Assembly (NCBI GenBank): GCA_013239625.1
Contig: MU054187.1
Location: forward strand, 2,055,757-2,119,756
DNA from: Lama guanicoe
Lineage: Eukaryota
Length of the DNA stretch: 64,000 nucleotides
Reading direction: 5' to 3'
The notes under the pieces are model-generated. The model ran no database searches and was not told the DNA's origin. It saw only the letters and a program-made list of their open reading frames with translations. A program made the position numbers and the translations under genes. Shown piece after piece: positions 50,540-64,000 of the stretch (position 1 is its first letter; every line of letters starts with the position of its first letter).

Positions 50540-51655
50540 ATAAATTTGAAAAATGAAATTGAGAAAACAACTCCACTTTAATGGCATCCATTTAAAAGGA
50601 ACATAATTGGAATATATTTAACCAAAGAAATGCAGGACTTGTACACTGAAAATTACAAAATGTTGAAATTAAAGACATCCCCTGTTAAAGACTTACTAAG
50701 ATGGCAATGCTTTCCAAACTGATCTACAGATTCAACATAGGTCCTACCAAATCCCAGGTCGATTTTTGCAGAAACTGACAAGTTCATCATAAAATTCATG
50801 TGGAAATGCAAGGGACCAGAACAGCCAAAACAATCTTCAAAAAGAACAAAAGTGGAAAATTCAAATTTGAAACTTCCAAATTTCAAAATTTACTACAAGG
50901 CTACAGTAATCAAGGCAGCATGATACTGACATAAGATAGACGAATTAAAGGAAAAGCAGTAGGAGTCCAGAAATAAACTGTTAAATTTGAAATTAACTGA
51001 TTTTCAAAAGGGGTACCAAGACATTTCAATGGAGGATGAATAGCCTTTTTAATAAATGGGTTTGGGGCACTGGGTATCTCAAGCAAAAGAATGAAGCGGG
51101 GCTCCTACCTTGGACCATATGCAAAAATTAACTGGATCGAAGACGTAAGTGTAATAGCTAAAACTATAAAACTCTTAGAAGAAAGCATACAAGTAAATGT
51201 TAGTGACCTTGAGTGAGGCAATGGTTTCTTGGATATAACACCAAAAACGCTGGCAGTACACACACACACACAAATTAGGTAAATTGAACCTCATAAAAAT
51301 TAAAAATGTGCTTCAAAGGACAACATCAAAAAGTGAAAAGACAACACACAGAAGGTGAGAAAAGATTTGCAAGTTACATACCACATAAAAATAAGTATCT
51401 GGACTATATAATGAATTCTTATTACTCAAAAATAAAAAGACAACTTAATTTTTTAAATAGGCTGAAGATTTGAATGGACATTTCTACAAAGTTATACAGA
51501 TAGCCGATTAGTACACGAAGACAGGCTCGATCTCGTTAGTCATTAGGGAAATGCAAATCAAAATTACGAGGCACCACTTCACACCCACTAGGATGGCTAA
51601 AATCAAAGACAGACAATAACAAGAATGTGGAGAAACTGGAACTCAAAATATTGCT
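50540..51655 (+). mobile_element. L1 ORF2 3' half fragment (L1M-type), disrupted
   Basis: taaccaaagaaatgcaggacttgtacactgaaaattacaaaa...ttactacaaggctacagtaatcaag...gtcattagggaaatgcaaatcaaa...cacttcacacccactaggatggc; many frameshifts. Confidence 0.88.
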
Positions 51656-53575
51656 GTTTTACATGGAAGCTGCCCCTTTGTCAAGAGAAGAAAAGCAGCT
51701 GGCGAATCAGAACATAGGAACTTGAGCTTTAAATAATCGGTCTTCTTTTAACAACAAAGCAACCTAGCTGGATTTTTTCTTGACTGAGTAAGTATAGACA
51801 GGCTGGGGTGGCCTTTAGCCAGCTGGGTGTGTCCCTGCAATTTAAGAGATGACTGATAAAGTACTGTTTACACTTAAAAATAGAAAAATTATCCTTGATA
51901 TATACTGAGGGATTTTTTTTAACTGGTGATTGAGGCTCTTAATGCCAATTATGGAAACTGAAAAAGTACAGAACATAAAAGCAGTAAAAGGTTGTTCTTC
52001 CCCAACCCTCCCCATCTACCCCTAAGGTCTTGAAATGACAGCAGATGATGGGCGTGTATTTTCCTGGGCATCCAACATCTCCCTGTGTTTTCCCTTAGAC
52101 ACTGCAGTTCATAGTGGAGAATGCCAACTACAGTCCGTCTCAGTCCACACCAGCTGTTTTGCATGCTTTGTAAGCAGTTTCTTTATTACTCATTGATTCA
52201 TTGGTTTATTCATTCACTCAACAGCCATTCATTATGAACGGCACTCTGACCAGGATAAAGCGACATGAGAAAAATGTAATTGTCTGTAATTGTCCATTAG
52301 TGGGTATACGGATAAGTAAATTGCAGTATATTCAATTTATATAATTGCTTATTACCCAGTAGTTTAAAATGCATGAACTAGAGCTGTAGATATCTCAAAA
52401 TATGTAGTATTTAAGTAAAAAATAACCTTGGAAAGGGTGTGAGAAAATGGGCACTTTATTTCAGGGAGTCTATATTACAACTTCAAGGGAGGGCAATTTG
52501 GCAATCTATTATGATTTATATCATAAAAGTGTCTATTCTAATTCTGTAGACATAACTGCATGTGTGGGAACTGACATGAGCAAGAATAATTGCCATATTA
52601 ACTGCAGTAGTAAGATAGATTGTACATTAATAGAAGACAGGTTAAATTATGGTCAATACATTCATGAATTTGAGGTGAAATTTTTTCATTACTATAGCAT
52701 ATCCAGAGATAGACGTTCTGGTGTGCAGTAACTTGAATTTGTCTCATATTACTACATAGATAACTGATTTCTTAAATTTGCTGTTCTTGGGGTAACACAT
52801 GATTCTGCATAATTAAGGATTTTAAGGCACTGGAAAATATCTATCTTTTATGTTTCTCCTTTTAGATACTGCCTTCCACTAGATCAAGCTATAGATAAGC
52901 CTGAATTCCTATAATTGCTGTTATTTTTCCAATTACTTTAATAGTTGAGTTGATAAAATGAATATATTTCCCAAATGGTTTTATTGTAAAATTTCAAAAA
53001 CAGCACGAGTAGGTGTTACCTAACACAGTGTTGCTCTTTTATATGTTTACTACACGGAATCTAATTCCCTGTGGAGAAGTTTGCTATAACCCCGAGGGCC
53101 ACCAGGAATAAGCTGCTTTATGTAGGGTTTGCCCACGCCTACCAGGAGCTATTTCAGTAGATGGTCTTAAAAGATGAGAGATGAGTAACCTACTGCATGT
53201 TTCTCAGAATAACACCAGGGGCCACTGTACACTAGAAACCTTCAAACAAGTTTAGAAGAAATGTTGGCTTAATGTCAATCACACAATTTTTATTTGAATA
53301 TTAACCCACAGCAAAATAAATTCAGTATTTATTTTCAGGCAAATAAACGAAGGGTGAATACAACAGAGTAGGTAGAATACTTTTCGATTTTCAGGTCAGA
53401 TGGGACAGGAAATAGAGTTCCTGTCACCGAACTAGATTTTAGCATTTTAAGGAGTCACTAAGCCCTTCTGGAATTTGTTTATAGCTATAGACATTCTGAC
53501 CATGAAGAATACACAAAATTCAGGGTTTACCAATGAAGAACCAAGAATCTCATGCTGAGAAACTCTACTGTAGAC

Positions 53576-53687
53576 TTTTTTTTTTCAAGTGGGCAATTAA
53601 TGTTTTTAACGGAGGTGTTGGGGATAGAGCCCAGGACTTCGTGCATGCCAGGCACGCCCTCTACCACTGAGCTGTTATCAACCCCTC
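53576..53687 (-). mobile_element. tRNA-derived SINE (camelid vic-1-like)
   Basis: Minus strand AGCTCAGTGGTAGAG (A box)...GTCCTGGGCTCTATCCCC (B-box-like) with a poly(A) tail; TSD ACTGTAGAC at 53567-53575 and 53688-53696. Confidence 0.85.
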
Positions 53688-55119
53688 ACTGTAGACATTT
53701 TAGTCTGATTTCTCTTATTTGTAAATGGTAAGTAAGGACGAGTTGTGTTGTAGGTTTGCTTTTAGCTACAGTTAGATCGGAATTGGGAATAATTCAGTGC
53801 CCAGCAAACTCGCCTCACCAAAGCCACTGGCTAATCATGATAAGAAGCACAGTGCTGCTCATGAGCAGCCTTTCTGAACAGGAATCAGTGCCTTCACCCA
53901 GAAGAGCCGGTCCTACTGAGGCTGAAAAGTTACCCTCTTCCTTTGGATTTTTTATGACTTGTCCCTCCAAAGTTAGGAGGCAACAAAATTATGAAGGAAA
54001 ATGTGCACTTCTGAGTCACAAATAATCATTACTGTGAAGTTCATTTTAAGAATATGATTATTTCATTTGACTTGCTACGTGATTGCCATCATGCCTGTTC
54101 CCCCATCCCTGCGGAGATGGATTTCAGAAGACACTGTAGACTACTGTGTGTTTCATTGCGATGTAGACAGGCATGCGTTCATTACTGCCTTTGCACACCC
54201 ATCCTTTCTTCAGGGGAAAGCTAATCAGAACCTGGAAAGGACTTGTTAGATTTCCATTTGTTTGGGGGACCAAGGAGGTTTGCAGATATGACAATGAAAT
54301 GTAGTGTGTATTAGAGAGGATGGTAATATAAATTAAATGGAGAAAAACTGTTTTAATAGGAAAGACACTTAGAACTTTCCCAACACCACGGGGAATAATG
54401 GGTGTGCAAGACTGGTGGGATTTAGGGAGTGTCTAAATAAAACAGGAGAGGTGAACTATGGATAGAGTCAAGCTACACTGTTAAGACTTAATCTTGAAGG
54501 AGTTATTGAAGGTGTGGCAGCATCAGGCGTGGCTTTTTGGGAAATCTCTCTGGCAATCGTGAAGGAATCATGGATTTACAGAGGCAGGAGATGAAGGTGG
54601 GGACTGCAGTGATGGGCGTGGGAGTGAAGACGGGAAACACTTGGGGTGGCAGGGTGGCCAACCAGATGTTTATTTTTGCTCCGTGCTGTCCTGGTGCCCA
54701 ACAGTGCCTAGTACTGGTTTAGGCATTGATAATAAACTTATAATAACAATTTAAACAAATGAGTAGCCTTTACATGATGTGTGTTTCATGTTTCTGGTTT
54801 GGCTGTAGAGCCATTCAATGAGTTAGGTAAATAAGCAAATCTTTCTAAGCATCAAAGGAGTGGAAGGCCTCTAAAAAGGAAAGGGTAGAGAGATTTGACT
54901 ATAAAAAATTGAAGTATCTATACATCACAATGGTTGTGAATAAAATGAGAATGAGAGAATACGGTAGGAAATAATATTTGTTAAAAAAAAGTGATTGGCT
55001 GCTTATTAGCAAAATAGCTCATGCAAATCACTAAGAAAAACATGAGCAACTCAAAAAGAGGAAATAAGACAAAGTGACGCCAATGGGTGAGTAAAGAAAT
55101 ACAGATGACTAAAACCTGT

Positions 55120-55645
55120 CGTCTAATTCAGCAATTCCACTGCTGGGTATACACCCAAAGGAAATGGAAACAAAACCTCCGAGAAACATCTGCACTCCTA
55201 TGTTCATAGCAGCATTATACATTAAAGGCAAAATATGGAAACAACCTTAAGTGTCAACCAATGGATGAATGGATAAAGATGATGTGGTGTGTATATATAC
55301 AATAAAATATTACCCAGCCATAAAAAAGGAAATTCTGGCATTTGTGGTAACATGGATGGACCTTCAGGACATAATGCTAAGTAAAATAAATCAAAGAAAG
55401 GTAAATACTGTCTGATCTCATTTATATGTGGAATCTAAAAAAGCCAAACTCATAGAAATAGTAGACTGGTGGTAGCTAGTGGCTGGTGGGTGGGGAAAAT
55501 GGGGAGAGGTTTGTCAAAGGGTAAAAACTTCTAGTTATAAGATGAATAAGTCCTGGGAACCTAACATACAGCAGGATGACTGGTTAACAGGACTGTTATG
55601 TACCTGAAGGTTGGTAAGAGAGGAGAACTTAAATGTTTTCATGGA
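55120..55645 (+). mobile_element. L1MA-like 3' end
   Basis: cagcaattccactgctgggtatacacccaaagga...atggatgaatggataaag...acatggatggacctt...atgtggaatctaaaa...gttataagatgaataag. Confidence 0.85.
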
Positions 55646-55669
55646 GCTGCTATCAAAAAAGACTTTCGA

Positions 55670-57230
55670 TGGATTCCCACTTCTGGCCATGATGGACTAA
55701 AAGGAGTTGGATTTGCTCTCAGGCCCCCCTAACAAAGCTTAAAATAAGCCTCAGATGGATCACCAAAGGGATTTCAAATAAGTTACCTTCATTTTGGAAC
55801 TGAAACCCAGAAGTATTTAAAGGAATTTTTTAACCCAGCATCTAGTAGCATATAATTGACAACATTGGCATCTAATCATAAATTACCAGGCAGACAATTA
55901 AGCTGCAAAACATGTCCCAACACCAAGAGAAACAAAGCAAAGGAACATCAAGACACAGATAGAGATGACATGACTAACACAACCAGCAGACAAGACGTTA
56001 AAACAGCTGTTAAAAATATGCTACATATGCTCGAGAAGGTTAGAGACAAGAAATGTAAGTTGTAAAATAATCCAAGTTAAATTTCTAGATGTGAAAAATA
56101 TCACACCTAAAATAAAAAATAAAAAAAGATGGATGAGATTAACAGCAGGTAAGATACCATAAGACACTCCAAAGAGGAAAAAAAAAAAAAGACTTGTAAA
56201 ACTTCAGACAAATCAATTGAAAATAACCAAAATGAAACTCCAAGGGAAGAGATTTTTCAGTAATGAGTAGAGCAACATACTGTGGCTAAAATACATCACA
56301 CATATAACTCGTCTTAGAAGGGAGGGAGTCGGGATTTCAGACAATGTTTAAAGAGATGATGGCTGAATAGTTGTCACGTGATGAAAATCAACAAATCAAA
56401 GCTCAACGAACCCCAAGTAAAAGAAACAGGAAGATAAACACAACAAAGTGCATCTCAACTGAGAAGTAAATGGCAAATTAGCACATGAAGATCTGCTCAT
56501 GATTGTTAGTCACCAGGGAAATAAAGTCAAAATGAGAAGCCACTCCATACCTACTAAACACTAAACTTATAAAGACTTCCAATCCCAAATGTTGGCAAAG
56601 ATACAAAGCAACTGTCACTCATATATTTCTGGTGGGAATGTAAAATGGTACAGCCACTTCGGGAAGAATTTCTTTTACAAAATTAAATGCTTACCAGACA
56701 ACTTAGTAACCCCACTCTTGTATTTAGCCAAGAGAAGTAAATCCCTGTGTCCGCACAAATACTAGTACAGCAAATCTTTAAAGAAGCTTCACTCACAACA
56801 GCCAAAAACTAGGAACAACCCAGTGTCCATCAACAGATGAGTGGAGAATTACAGAATAGTCATTCGATGGGTTTGGTAATATCAAAGGACCAACCTATAG
56901 AATCAGGCAACCACGCAGAAGATCTCAAAAGTCTCAGGCTCCCTGGGTGAAGTCAGGCACAAAAGCACTCCTTTCACACTCCCCCTGTCCTGCACGTTGT
57001 ATGATTCCACTCATGAGATTCTAGAAACATAAACCATAGTGACAAAGCAGATTAGTGGGTTGCAGGGGTCAGGGAGGGGACAGATGCCAAAGGGGCACAA
57101 TGGAACTTTTTGGAGTGATAGAAATATTTTATATCATAGTTTGGGTGGAAATTGCACGACTGCATACATTAGTCAACATTGACTTATGCAGCTAAAAGCT
57201 AAAATTGGTGTGCTTATTTCTTGTGACTTA
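55670..57230 (+). mobile_element. Old L1 (L1MC/ME-like) composite fragments
   Basis: ORF1-like A-rich segment (caaagctcaacgaaccccaagtaaaagaaac), then ORF2-end/3' UTR motifs (ctggtgggaatgtaaaatggtacagccactt, atgattccact, gaactttttggagtgatagaaat). Confidence 0.6.
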
Positions 57231-57620
57231 CAGCTGGTCAAAGGGAGAGTGAGTGAGGGTATTTTGGAAGCGGTGACCAAGGCAGAATAACCAGGAAAGC
57301 CAGAGTGGGAGCCTGAGCTCTGTGACAAGGACTGAAAATGTGAAAACAGTAGGTCTGTTTGCAAATGTGGAGCTGAGTTTGTTTATTCCTCTCTGGCGTT
57401 GGCAGGAGAGGTGAGTAAATGCACTCAGTAAGCCTTGGACCAGGGCGAGAAAAGGGAAGGAGATCCTGAGTTGTTAGAACTGCAAGCAGATCATGACAAT
57501 TAAGCAATTGTGTCAAGAAATCAATGCAAATGGAAGGGTTGAAATGTTCTAACAGAAAGCAGTAAATGCTTGGACTGCTAGCTCCAAGAATTCATTCCCT
57601 TCAAATGTGCCTTTCTAAGG

Positions 57621-58117
57621 TGTGAAGGAAAAATACTGCAAACCGTATCAGTAAACAAAGAATGCTGAAGCCGTCAAGTCGTCAGTCAAGAAAAAAAGCC
57701 GCCACTACCCACCCCCCCACCCCCGCCCCAGTGAGGACCAGCCTGCAGCCGGCCTCTGCAGCCACTCACAGTGGTGCACCCTGAGGGGATCAGAGCAAGA
57801 AAGGACAGGACTGGCCCTAGATGGCTAGGTGCTTGTCAAAGGAATGAATTCAATGAGCCCAAATGCTTGCTTCCTCCCATACACAGAAAAGCACTAAATT
57901 CTTTAACTTGAGATGCCTGGTTTTCTTTAGGTAACAAGTAATCTTTTATTGTTCCAGCTCCCTGGTCTTTGTTGTAAAGCTCCCATACATCCTAGCTGCT
58001 CCCCTGCCTCTTCGGAGCCGTCCCTCAGAGCGACCTGAGAGGCTGTCATCCCGGACTGAGTCCTCCCGCCAAATAAAACAACTCAACTTTTAGGTTGTGC
58101 GTTTATTTCAGTCGACA
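57621..58117 (+). mobile_element. Solo LTR, ERV1-class by 4-bp TSD (497 bp)
   Basis: TGTGAAGG...GTCGACA termini (TG...CA); flanking TSD AAGG (57617-57620, 58118-58121); AATAAA at 58072. Confidence 0.85.
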
Positions 58118-59209
58118 AAGGGTATTCACAATCATTTGAACTAAAACATTTATGCTAAAACATTAGATTTTGAAAATAATAAGCTTCAAGGTAAACGTTC
58201 TGCCTTTCTTAAGACGCTAGCGAGTCAATCAATGTCAGTGGTATAAGGATTAATTTAGCATCTCATTTCTTAGATAAAACCAGATAAGATCTCTTTTGGG
58301 AACAGTTAATAAGCTAAGAATGATTCTTAGAACTACTGCTTTGACAAATTAGAATTCTAACTCATAATAGTTTATTCTTCTGGAATAGTCCCTTCCCGTA
58401 GACCTCGCCTAAGTGTTGATTGGCAAAGTCTGGTTCCCGAATCATACGTGCCTGTGTGTGTTCATGTTTGCCTGTGCAGACACATTGCCAAGACTAGAAT
58501 CACAGCGCAGCGCAACCAAAACAAACCGAAGACATCTCAGATATTTTTCAAAGTATGACTCTATGATTATGTCATAGAAAACTTACTTCAGTTGTCACAG
58601 TTCTTACATTTCGCAAGTGCAAAAAGACCTTAGCACATTTCCACTAAAACTGTTCCTCTCTAATCAGGAAATTTTCGCTTTGCTCTACCTCCAGGTTTGT
58701 TCAAAGACCATGCAGCAGTTAACTTTATTTTGAAAATGTTTTCGGTTTGAGTATGTATTGATCAAAAGCTTAGCCCGTTGGCTTTCACATCCAAAGAATA
58801 GTTTTGTTTGAAAATTATCTAGTTCACAGTTAAATGCAATAATCTGCAAGGAAATGTTTTGAAAGTACATATTTTTCAAATTCATTGCATTTCATGGCAA
58901 ACTAAATGTTCAAAAAACAACCATTTTCACTCTTCAAGCTGGCAAAAAATAAATTCGGCATTTTTTGACTTAGTACTTGCAATGCAAAGCAATTGGAAAA
59001 ACCATCTCATTTACATTTTAAACATTCAGTCTCACTCACCTTTTCCTGGTAGACGTCAAGGGGCAGGAGAGAGCAGACACTGCAGAAATGTCAATGTAGG
59101 GTCACAGTCGGCTTTAAATCCTCCCTAGGACGTTTGCGCTTCTACCCCTCCCCCAACCATCTAATTCATATCAAAAAGAAGACCAAAGAGCCTTTTGGTC
59201 TTCAGGTAG

Positions 59210-59846
59210 TGAGACAGGAGGGAAGGAGGCAGGGCACAGCCACTCAAGGAATGACAGCAATCTAACACCAAAATGGTGGAAGGTTCGCCTCCTACTTGAC
59301 CTTAAGGATTAAGAGGTTTAACTTCTAGTAGACCTCCAGCTTCATTATACGCTCATTGTAACGTGATCAAATAACATGCCCGCAGACGCCATGACAGCCC
59401 CAAGGCTAACCGCAAAAGGCCAAAGAATGGGCGGTGGCCCAATTCCTGGTAATCCCAGCCGCCTCCCCAGGGAAGTGGGATTGATCCCACCTATAGGCGT
59501 GTGAAGCTACTGAGACCATAAAAACTGACAACACCACGCCTAGTGGCCCTTTTTGCACTCTCTCCCCTTCGGTGACGGCCCGCACTCTTGTCTATGGAGT
59601 GTGTACCTACTTTTACTTTAACCTGAGCACCCAATTCCCACACTTCCTTCCTTGTCTTTCTCTTGCCTTACACTCTATGCAGTATGTGTCTCTCTAAATA
59701 AATCTACCTTTACTCAATGGTGGCTCGCACTTGAATTCTTTCCTGTGCAAAGCCAAGGACCCACACTCGGCGGGGCACGTCCCAGGGGCTCAGCCGAGAC
59801 CTGGGACTTGGCCATCCTCACGCCCCACATCTGATTTCCTGCATCA
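59210..59846 (+). mobile_element. Solo LTR, ERV1-class by 4-bp TSD (637 bp)
   Basis: TGAGAC...GCATCA termini; TSD GTAG (59206-59209, 59847-59850); TATA-like CATAAAAA near 59517; AATAAA at 59697. Confidence 0.88.
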
Positions 59847-60759
59847 GTAGGAATTGCTTATATCCTTGAGAAGATGGGCTATAGGTTTATCCCAAGAGGC
59901 AGCAGCCAGCTGTGAAAATTTGTGAAACAGTTTCAAGTTCGCCGAAATAGGCAAGATTGATTCATTGGGTCAACTAGCAGTTGTTGGATTCCTCCTGTGT
60001 TCCAGATACTACTAAGCACTGGAAAGTTAAGGGAAAAAATCCAATCAGACCAGGTCTTGTCCTCAGGGGACTTACAGTCTCCAGAAAGGAACAAGAAGAG
60101 AGCCCTCGGGCACAATTGTACTTCAGTTCTGCCGTCAGTGCCCCGAGGCCCACCCAGCACTGGACAGCTGTGTATCGTAGAGGGTCACTGACCTTGAGGT
60201 AACAGGCAAAGGGAGAAGAGGCTTGGGAAGGTGTGGGCAGGAGTGCTGCCTAAACAGGTCTAGAGATCAGCCAGAGAAGCCAGCCTAGGAGGGAGGAAGA
60301 CCCTCTCCCCGTCCCTTGCCCCAGGTGAAGGGCCAGTGTTCGCAGCAGCCAAGGCTAGAAGGGGGAGAAGGATCATCTGAGTTGAGAGTCTTGCGTTTAG
60401 GAGGCTTAGTGTCTGTGGCATGAGATTAAGGGAGAAAAAGTACTTTGACTCAAGATAAGGAGTTACTCAGGATAAGCTAAAGGCACTGAATTTCATTGGA
60501 AGGAGCCCCTGAAGGTTTTTTAACTGACTGGTATCATAATCAGATTAATACGTTAGGAAGATCACACACCGCCCCTTACCCTCAGCCCGGGCGGGGGGGG
60601 GCCTTACAGGCTAACGGAGGAGAAAATGAACGGCCCATTTCGCAGTAAAACCACCAGAATGCTGGCAGGAGTTGGGAGGAAAGGAAGACTGGGAGTCAAG
60701 GCATAGAAGTAATTAGAATTGAGCTCTTTGCCCGGCTCGGCCCTGTGCTAGGAGCTTTA

Positions 60760-61490
60760 TGAAGATTGTCTTGTCTGACCCTCAGAGACAGCTGGGGAGT
60801 AACCCGGAAATCTATATTTGGCAGTGTTTAAGAGAAGGAACAAGCCCCGGAGTCGTTTGCCCCCAGGACAGCAAACCAAGACTGACTGAATTTCATTTTC
60901 AACCCCTCCCTGATAGGTGGTCTTTAAAACAGTCTGAACTTCCTGGCTGTCACCGTTGAGGTCATCTGCAAGGTAAAGACCCCTGCTGTTCCCCTCTCCC
61001 CAAATGAGTTGGCCTTCCCAGATCCTTTCTTTTCTTTCACTAACGCCTTCTCGCCCCACCCTCCTTCCTCCCATAAAAGCCTTCCATTTTGTACAGTCCC
61101 TCAGAGAGCCTTGCCAGGTGGGGTGCTGCCCAAAGCAGACACACCACTGGGAACTTTCTGTAAACAATTCCAAACCCGGGGACCCCAGCCTCTTTGAAAG
61201 CAGCGTATGCTAGCTGCAACCTTGTGGTCGCAAGCTTGTTCCTCCCAGTGACTCTGCAAACCAGCCCCGGCTTAACAAGCACGCTTACTTCTTGCAGCTC
61301 CAGTGATCATTCTCGGCAAACAGCCCACATAACCGTGACCTTGCAGTGTCTGACTTCATAAGCCTCCCCCATTTTGCGGTCCAGCAGAACCCAACTGAAG
61401 TGCCGTTTAATCTGTATCTCCCAGGCTGCAGTCCTAACCAACTCCAAATAAATGCCTCTTTACTTCAATCAGGCCTCCATTTCTGAAATT
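60760..61490 (+). mobile_element. Probable LTR remnant(s), MER34/MER39-like, possibly two fused or nested
   Basis: cataaaagccttccattttgtacagtccctc (TATA/R-like), then a second cataagcctcccccattttg motif and AATAAA at 61447; ends and TSD not resolved. Confidence 0.5.
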
Positions 61491-63028
61491 TTCCTGCCGT
61501 GTGCCTCTCCTGGTTCCCAGTAACAAGTCATGACTGTGGATTCCCACTGAGGATCCTTTCTTCTGTCAAGGGTTTTATTGGCTGTTGTGAAAGTGCTGAT
61601 CGTCCATATCTGCTATTTTTTTCTGTATTCATTAGCTGGCATTCTTCTGTTAAGAGGAAAAAAAGGAGCTTTTCCATATGAACTGAGGAAGAATTACATT
61701 TCCATCTAAAGACACAAGTATATGTTTAATTCTTTGTCTTTAACTACCAATTTTCAGAGTTAGGAGCGAAGGGTAGCTAGTCACCTCTAATGGTAGCCCA
61801 AACCTGTTTTCCCCTTTCACTTTCTCTCTTTTTGTTAAGGTCAAGGCTTTTCTTTATGCAGCATTTGCAAATCAAAGGTATCATTCTTCCTGATGATCCA
61901 AACACCTCCAATTTGGGCCCTGCCTATTCTTCAAGCTCCCTCCTGTGCCCTATCCATGCGCCTGAGCAGGTAGAAGACCAGCCATTCCTTCAAAGACCTT
62001 CGGTTCCTTCCAGTGGACAACGGTCTCTCTTTAGGAAGCAAGGACTGATCGTCAGAAGTGCTTCTTGCTGTTAGGGTAGCGTTGCTTCAACACCCTTTCA
62101 GTGGAGAGCGAAACAGTACGTATGACATTAACGTGTGTTTATTTGTTTTACCCGCAATACACATAACTCTGCCTTCCAGACAAACGGGCCTGGGGGAACA
62201 GACCTGGCGAGGGAGGCGAAGGGAGGCGCTCACAGACCCTCATCCGTACCAGGTCTGCGTCCTCCTTAGCTCTGTGGCCACCGTCACCTCGGTAGCTCTG
62301 TTTCTGTGGACCAGTACACTTCTCTTTTTTTGCTTAACTGACTTTGAGTTGCATTTCTCTCCCTTGTTACTAAACAGTCTAACTAAAATGGTTGGTAAGT
62401 AAATTTGGATTTTTTTTAGGCTTTACAGAGAGTGGCATATTGTAATTCTAAGTCTAAGCTTAGATTCTAAGAATATGGTTCTTTAATGGCTCATCCTCTG
62501 TTCTGTGTCAGCTTTGCTAGGAACAAGGGAAGAGGGACACGACAGAAGGGAAGTTTTCCTATTTTTTAAATTCCCCTAAAAATTTTTTCCTACTTGGTAA
62601 AAACTTTCACAATTAAAAAAAAATGGAAATACGAAGATGTTTATAATGATACAGGGATCACACAAGGCAAAGGACATATGACTTCCCCAAATCATACTAA
62701 TAAGGAAATTATCACCTGAGAGTTAAGCTATAAAATACTCACAGTAAGGATTGGGGCAGAGCCACTGAAAGCAATTGCCAGGAGACAGAAAGACAATGGG
62801 CCTGCAAAACTTTAAAAATACTAATGCTCAAAATTGTATGACATTTTAAAACATCTACCAAAACAGAGAGAAAAATGCAATGTACACCCAAACATCCGTG
62901 ACCCAGAATCAACAATTACTGAGATTTCACTCCCATTTCTCTCCTCTATCCTTTTTTTTTCTCTTTGCTGGGATACAGTTTAAAGCAAATAAATCCTGGT
63001 GTTATGGTGGAATACCCCTACGTATCTC

Positions 63029-63131
63029 TTTTATTATCATCATTATTATTTCTGGTGGAGGTGCTGGGAATTGAACCCAGGACCTTGTGCGTGCTGAGCA
63101 CGTATTCTACCACTGAGCTGCACCCTCCCTG
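63029..63131 (-). mobile_element. tRNA-derived SINE (camelid vic-1-like)
   Basis: Minus strand GGGAGGGTGCAGCTCAGTGGTAGAA...GGTCCTGGGTTCAATTCCCAGCACCTCC (A and B boxes); TSD CTACGTATCTC/CTACATATCTC at 63018-63028 and 63132-63142. Confidence 0.88.
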
Positions 63132-64000
63132 CTACATATCTCGATATACATCTCTGAAAAGCGAGTTTTCTGTCTTCCTGGAGATTACTTTCTAGTGGGG
63201 AAACATAAAACACACACACAAATAAATAATAAAAAGGCGATTACTGGGTGCGAAAAGTGGCATCGAGGATTGAGGACTGGAGAGATGGGGAAGGAGGGGG
63301 GCTCCTTCAGGCCTTCCTGGAGGAAATGGGATTTGAGGGGAGACGATGGAACTGTAGAAAGTGGGATTACAGAATTGAAAAGGCTGCAGTCCAGGTTTAG
63401 TCTTCATTTTCATCATTCTACTCCCTCCTGCTCTCCCAGCTGAACTTGTCCACCCATATCTGTTCACCTGAGAATCCGATGGTGCCCAGCTGTTGGCCTT
63501 CAGATCGTTTGGTTCCTTCTAATGGTAACTTCCGTGGGCCAGCAGACACCTAGCCTCCTAACCACGTGGAAATCCAACCATGCTTTAAAAGATGAGTGGG
63601 TAAATGTGTTCCTATAAAACATTTCCACAAATAACTACTGAAATAATACTCATATTATCTAAATTAACCGCATTAAGGTGAACTTATCTGTTCTCTTTTT
63701 CTCTTAAAAATGAGATTAACGTAACTGTGATGGGTGGGAATTAATTGGAAGGAACTTCGTGAAATCAGAACGGCTGGATCTCTGTCCTCCTTTCACCTCT
63801 GATAACTGTGACACCACGAGTGAGCCACACACTAGTCTCATTAGAAGGCCCTGTTGAGAAGAGCAGGAGCAGGGAGCCACCTGGTGTGTACGGCACCTGC
63901 TGGGCGAAACAGGTACGGGGCTAACAGTGCTCTTGATACGATGACTCTTGGAATTGGGCATCTGGGCAAACAAGCTGGCTGTTGACCAGCTCAGGCGCAT

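Noticed and set aside
59178..59203. Perfect 10-bp hairpin GAAGACCAAA-N6-TTTGGTCTTC next to an LTR
   Set aside because: Too short for a miRNA precursor or MITE, intrinsic terminators do not apply in mammals, and it is plausibly chance.
63029..63131. tRNA gene
   Set aside because: It has A/B boxes but no convincing cloverleaf, and it carries an A-rich tail and TSD, so it is a SINE.
45700..64000. Short ORFs in the upstream region as a second protein-coding gene
   Set aside because: None resembles a protein I recognise or forms a consistent exon chain; many fall in L1/LTR remnants.

Overview
Mammalian genomic DNA, probably camelid: three tRNA-derived SINEs resemble the camelid vic-1 family. The left 45 kb hold the 5' part of RB1CC1/FIP200, the ULK1-complex autophagy scaffold, on the minus strand. 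It has a CpG-island promoter (~43.8-45.3 kb), two non-coding exons and 17 coding exons (exons 3-19, numbered after the human model as I recall it). These splice in frame to 4386 nt (1462 codons) with no stop; the C-terminal Claw-domain exons lie beyond the left edge. The right ~19 kb is AT-rich upstream DNA with L1 remnants, SINEs and a cluster of solo LTRs. I found no prokaryote-type system, CRISPR array or new protein-coding gene. The most unusual signal is a set of sharply bounded 80-88% GC, CpG-rich patches in the gene body. They cross exon/intron boundaries and appear to have shifted parts of the FIP200 coiled coil toward Gly/Ala/Arg/Pro, which fits GC-biased gene conversion. Other points of interest are a three-uORF 5' leader, a GC-AG intron, a possibly bidirectional ETS promoter, and ARE and DR4 motifs. 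All comparisons with human are from memory and need an alignment.
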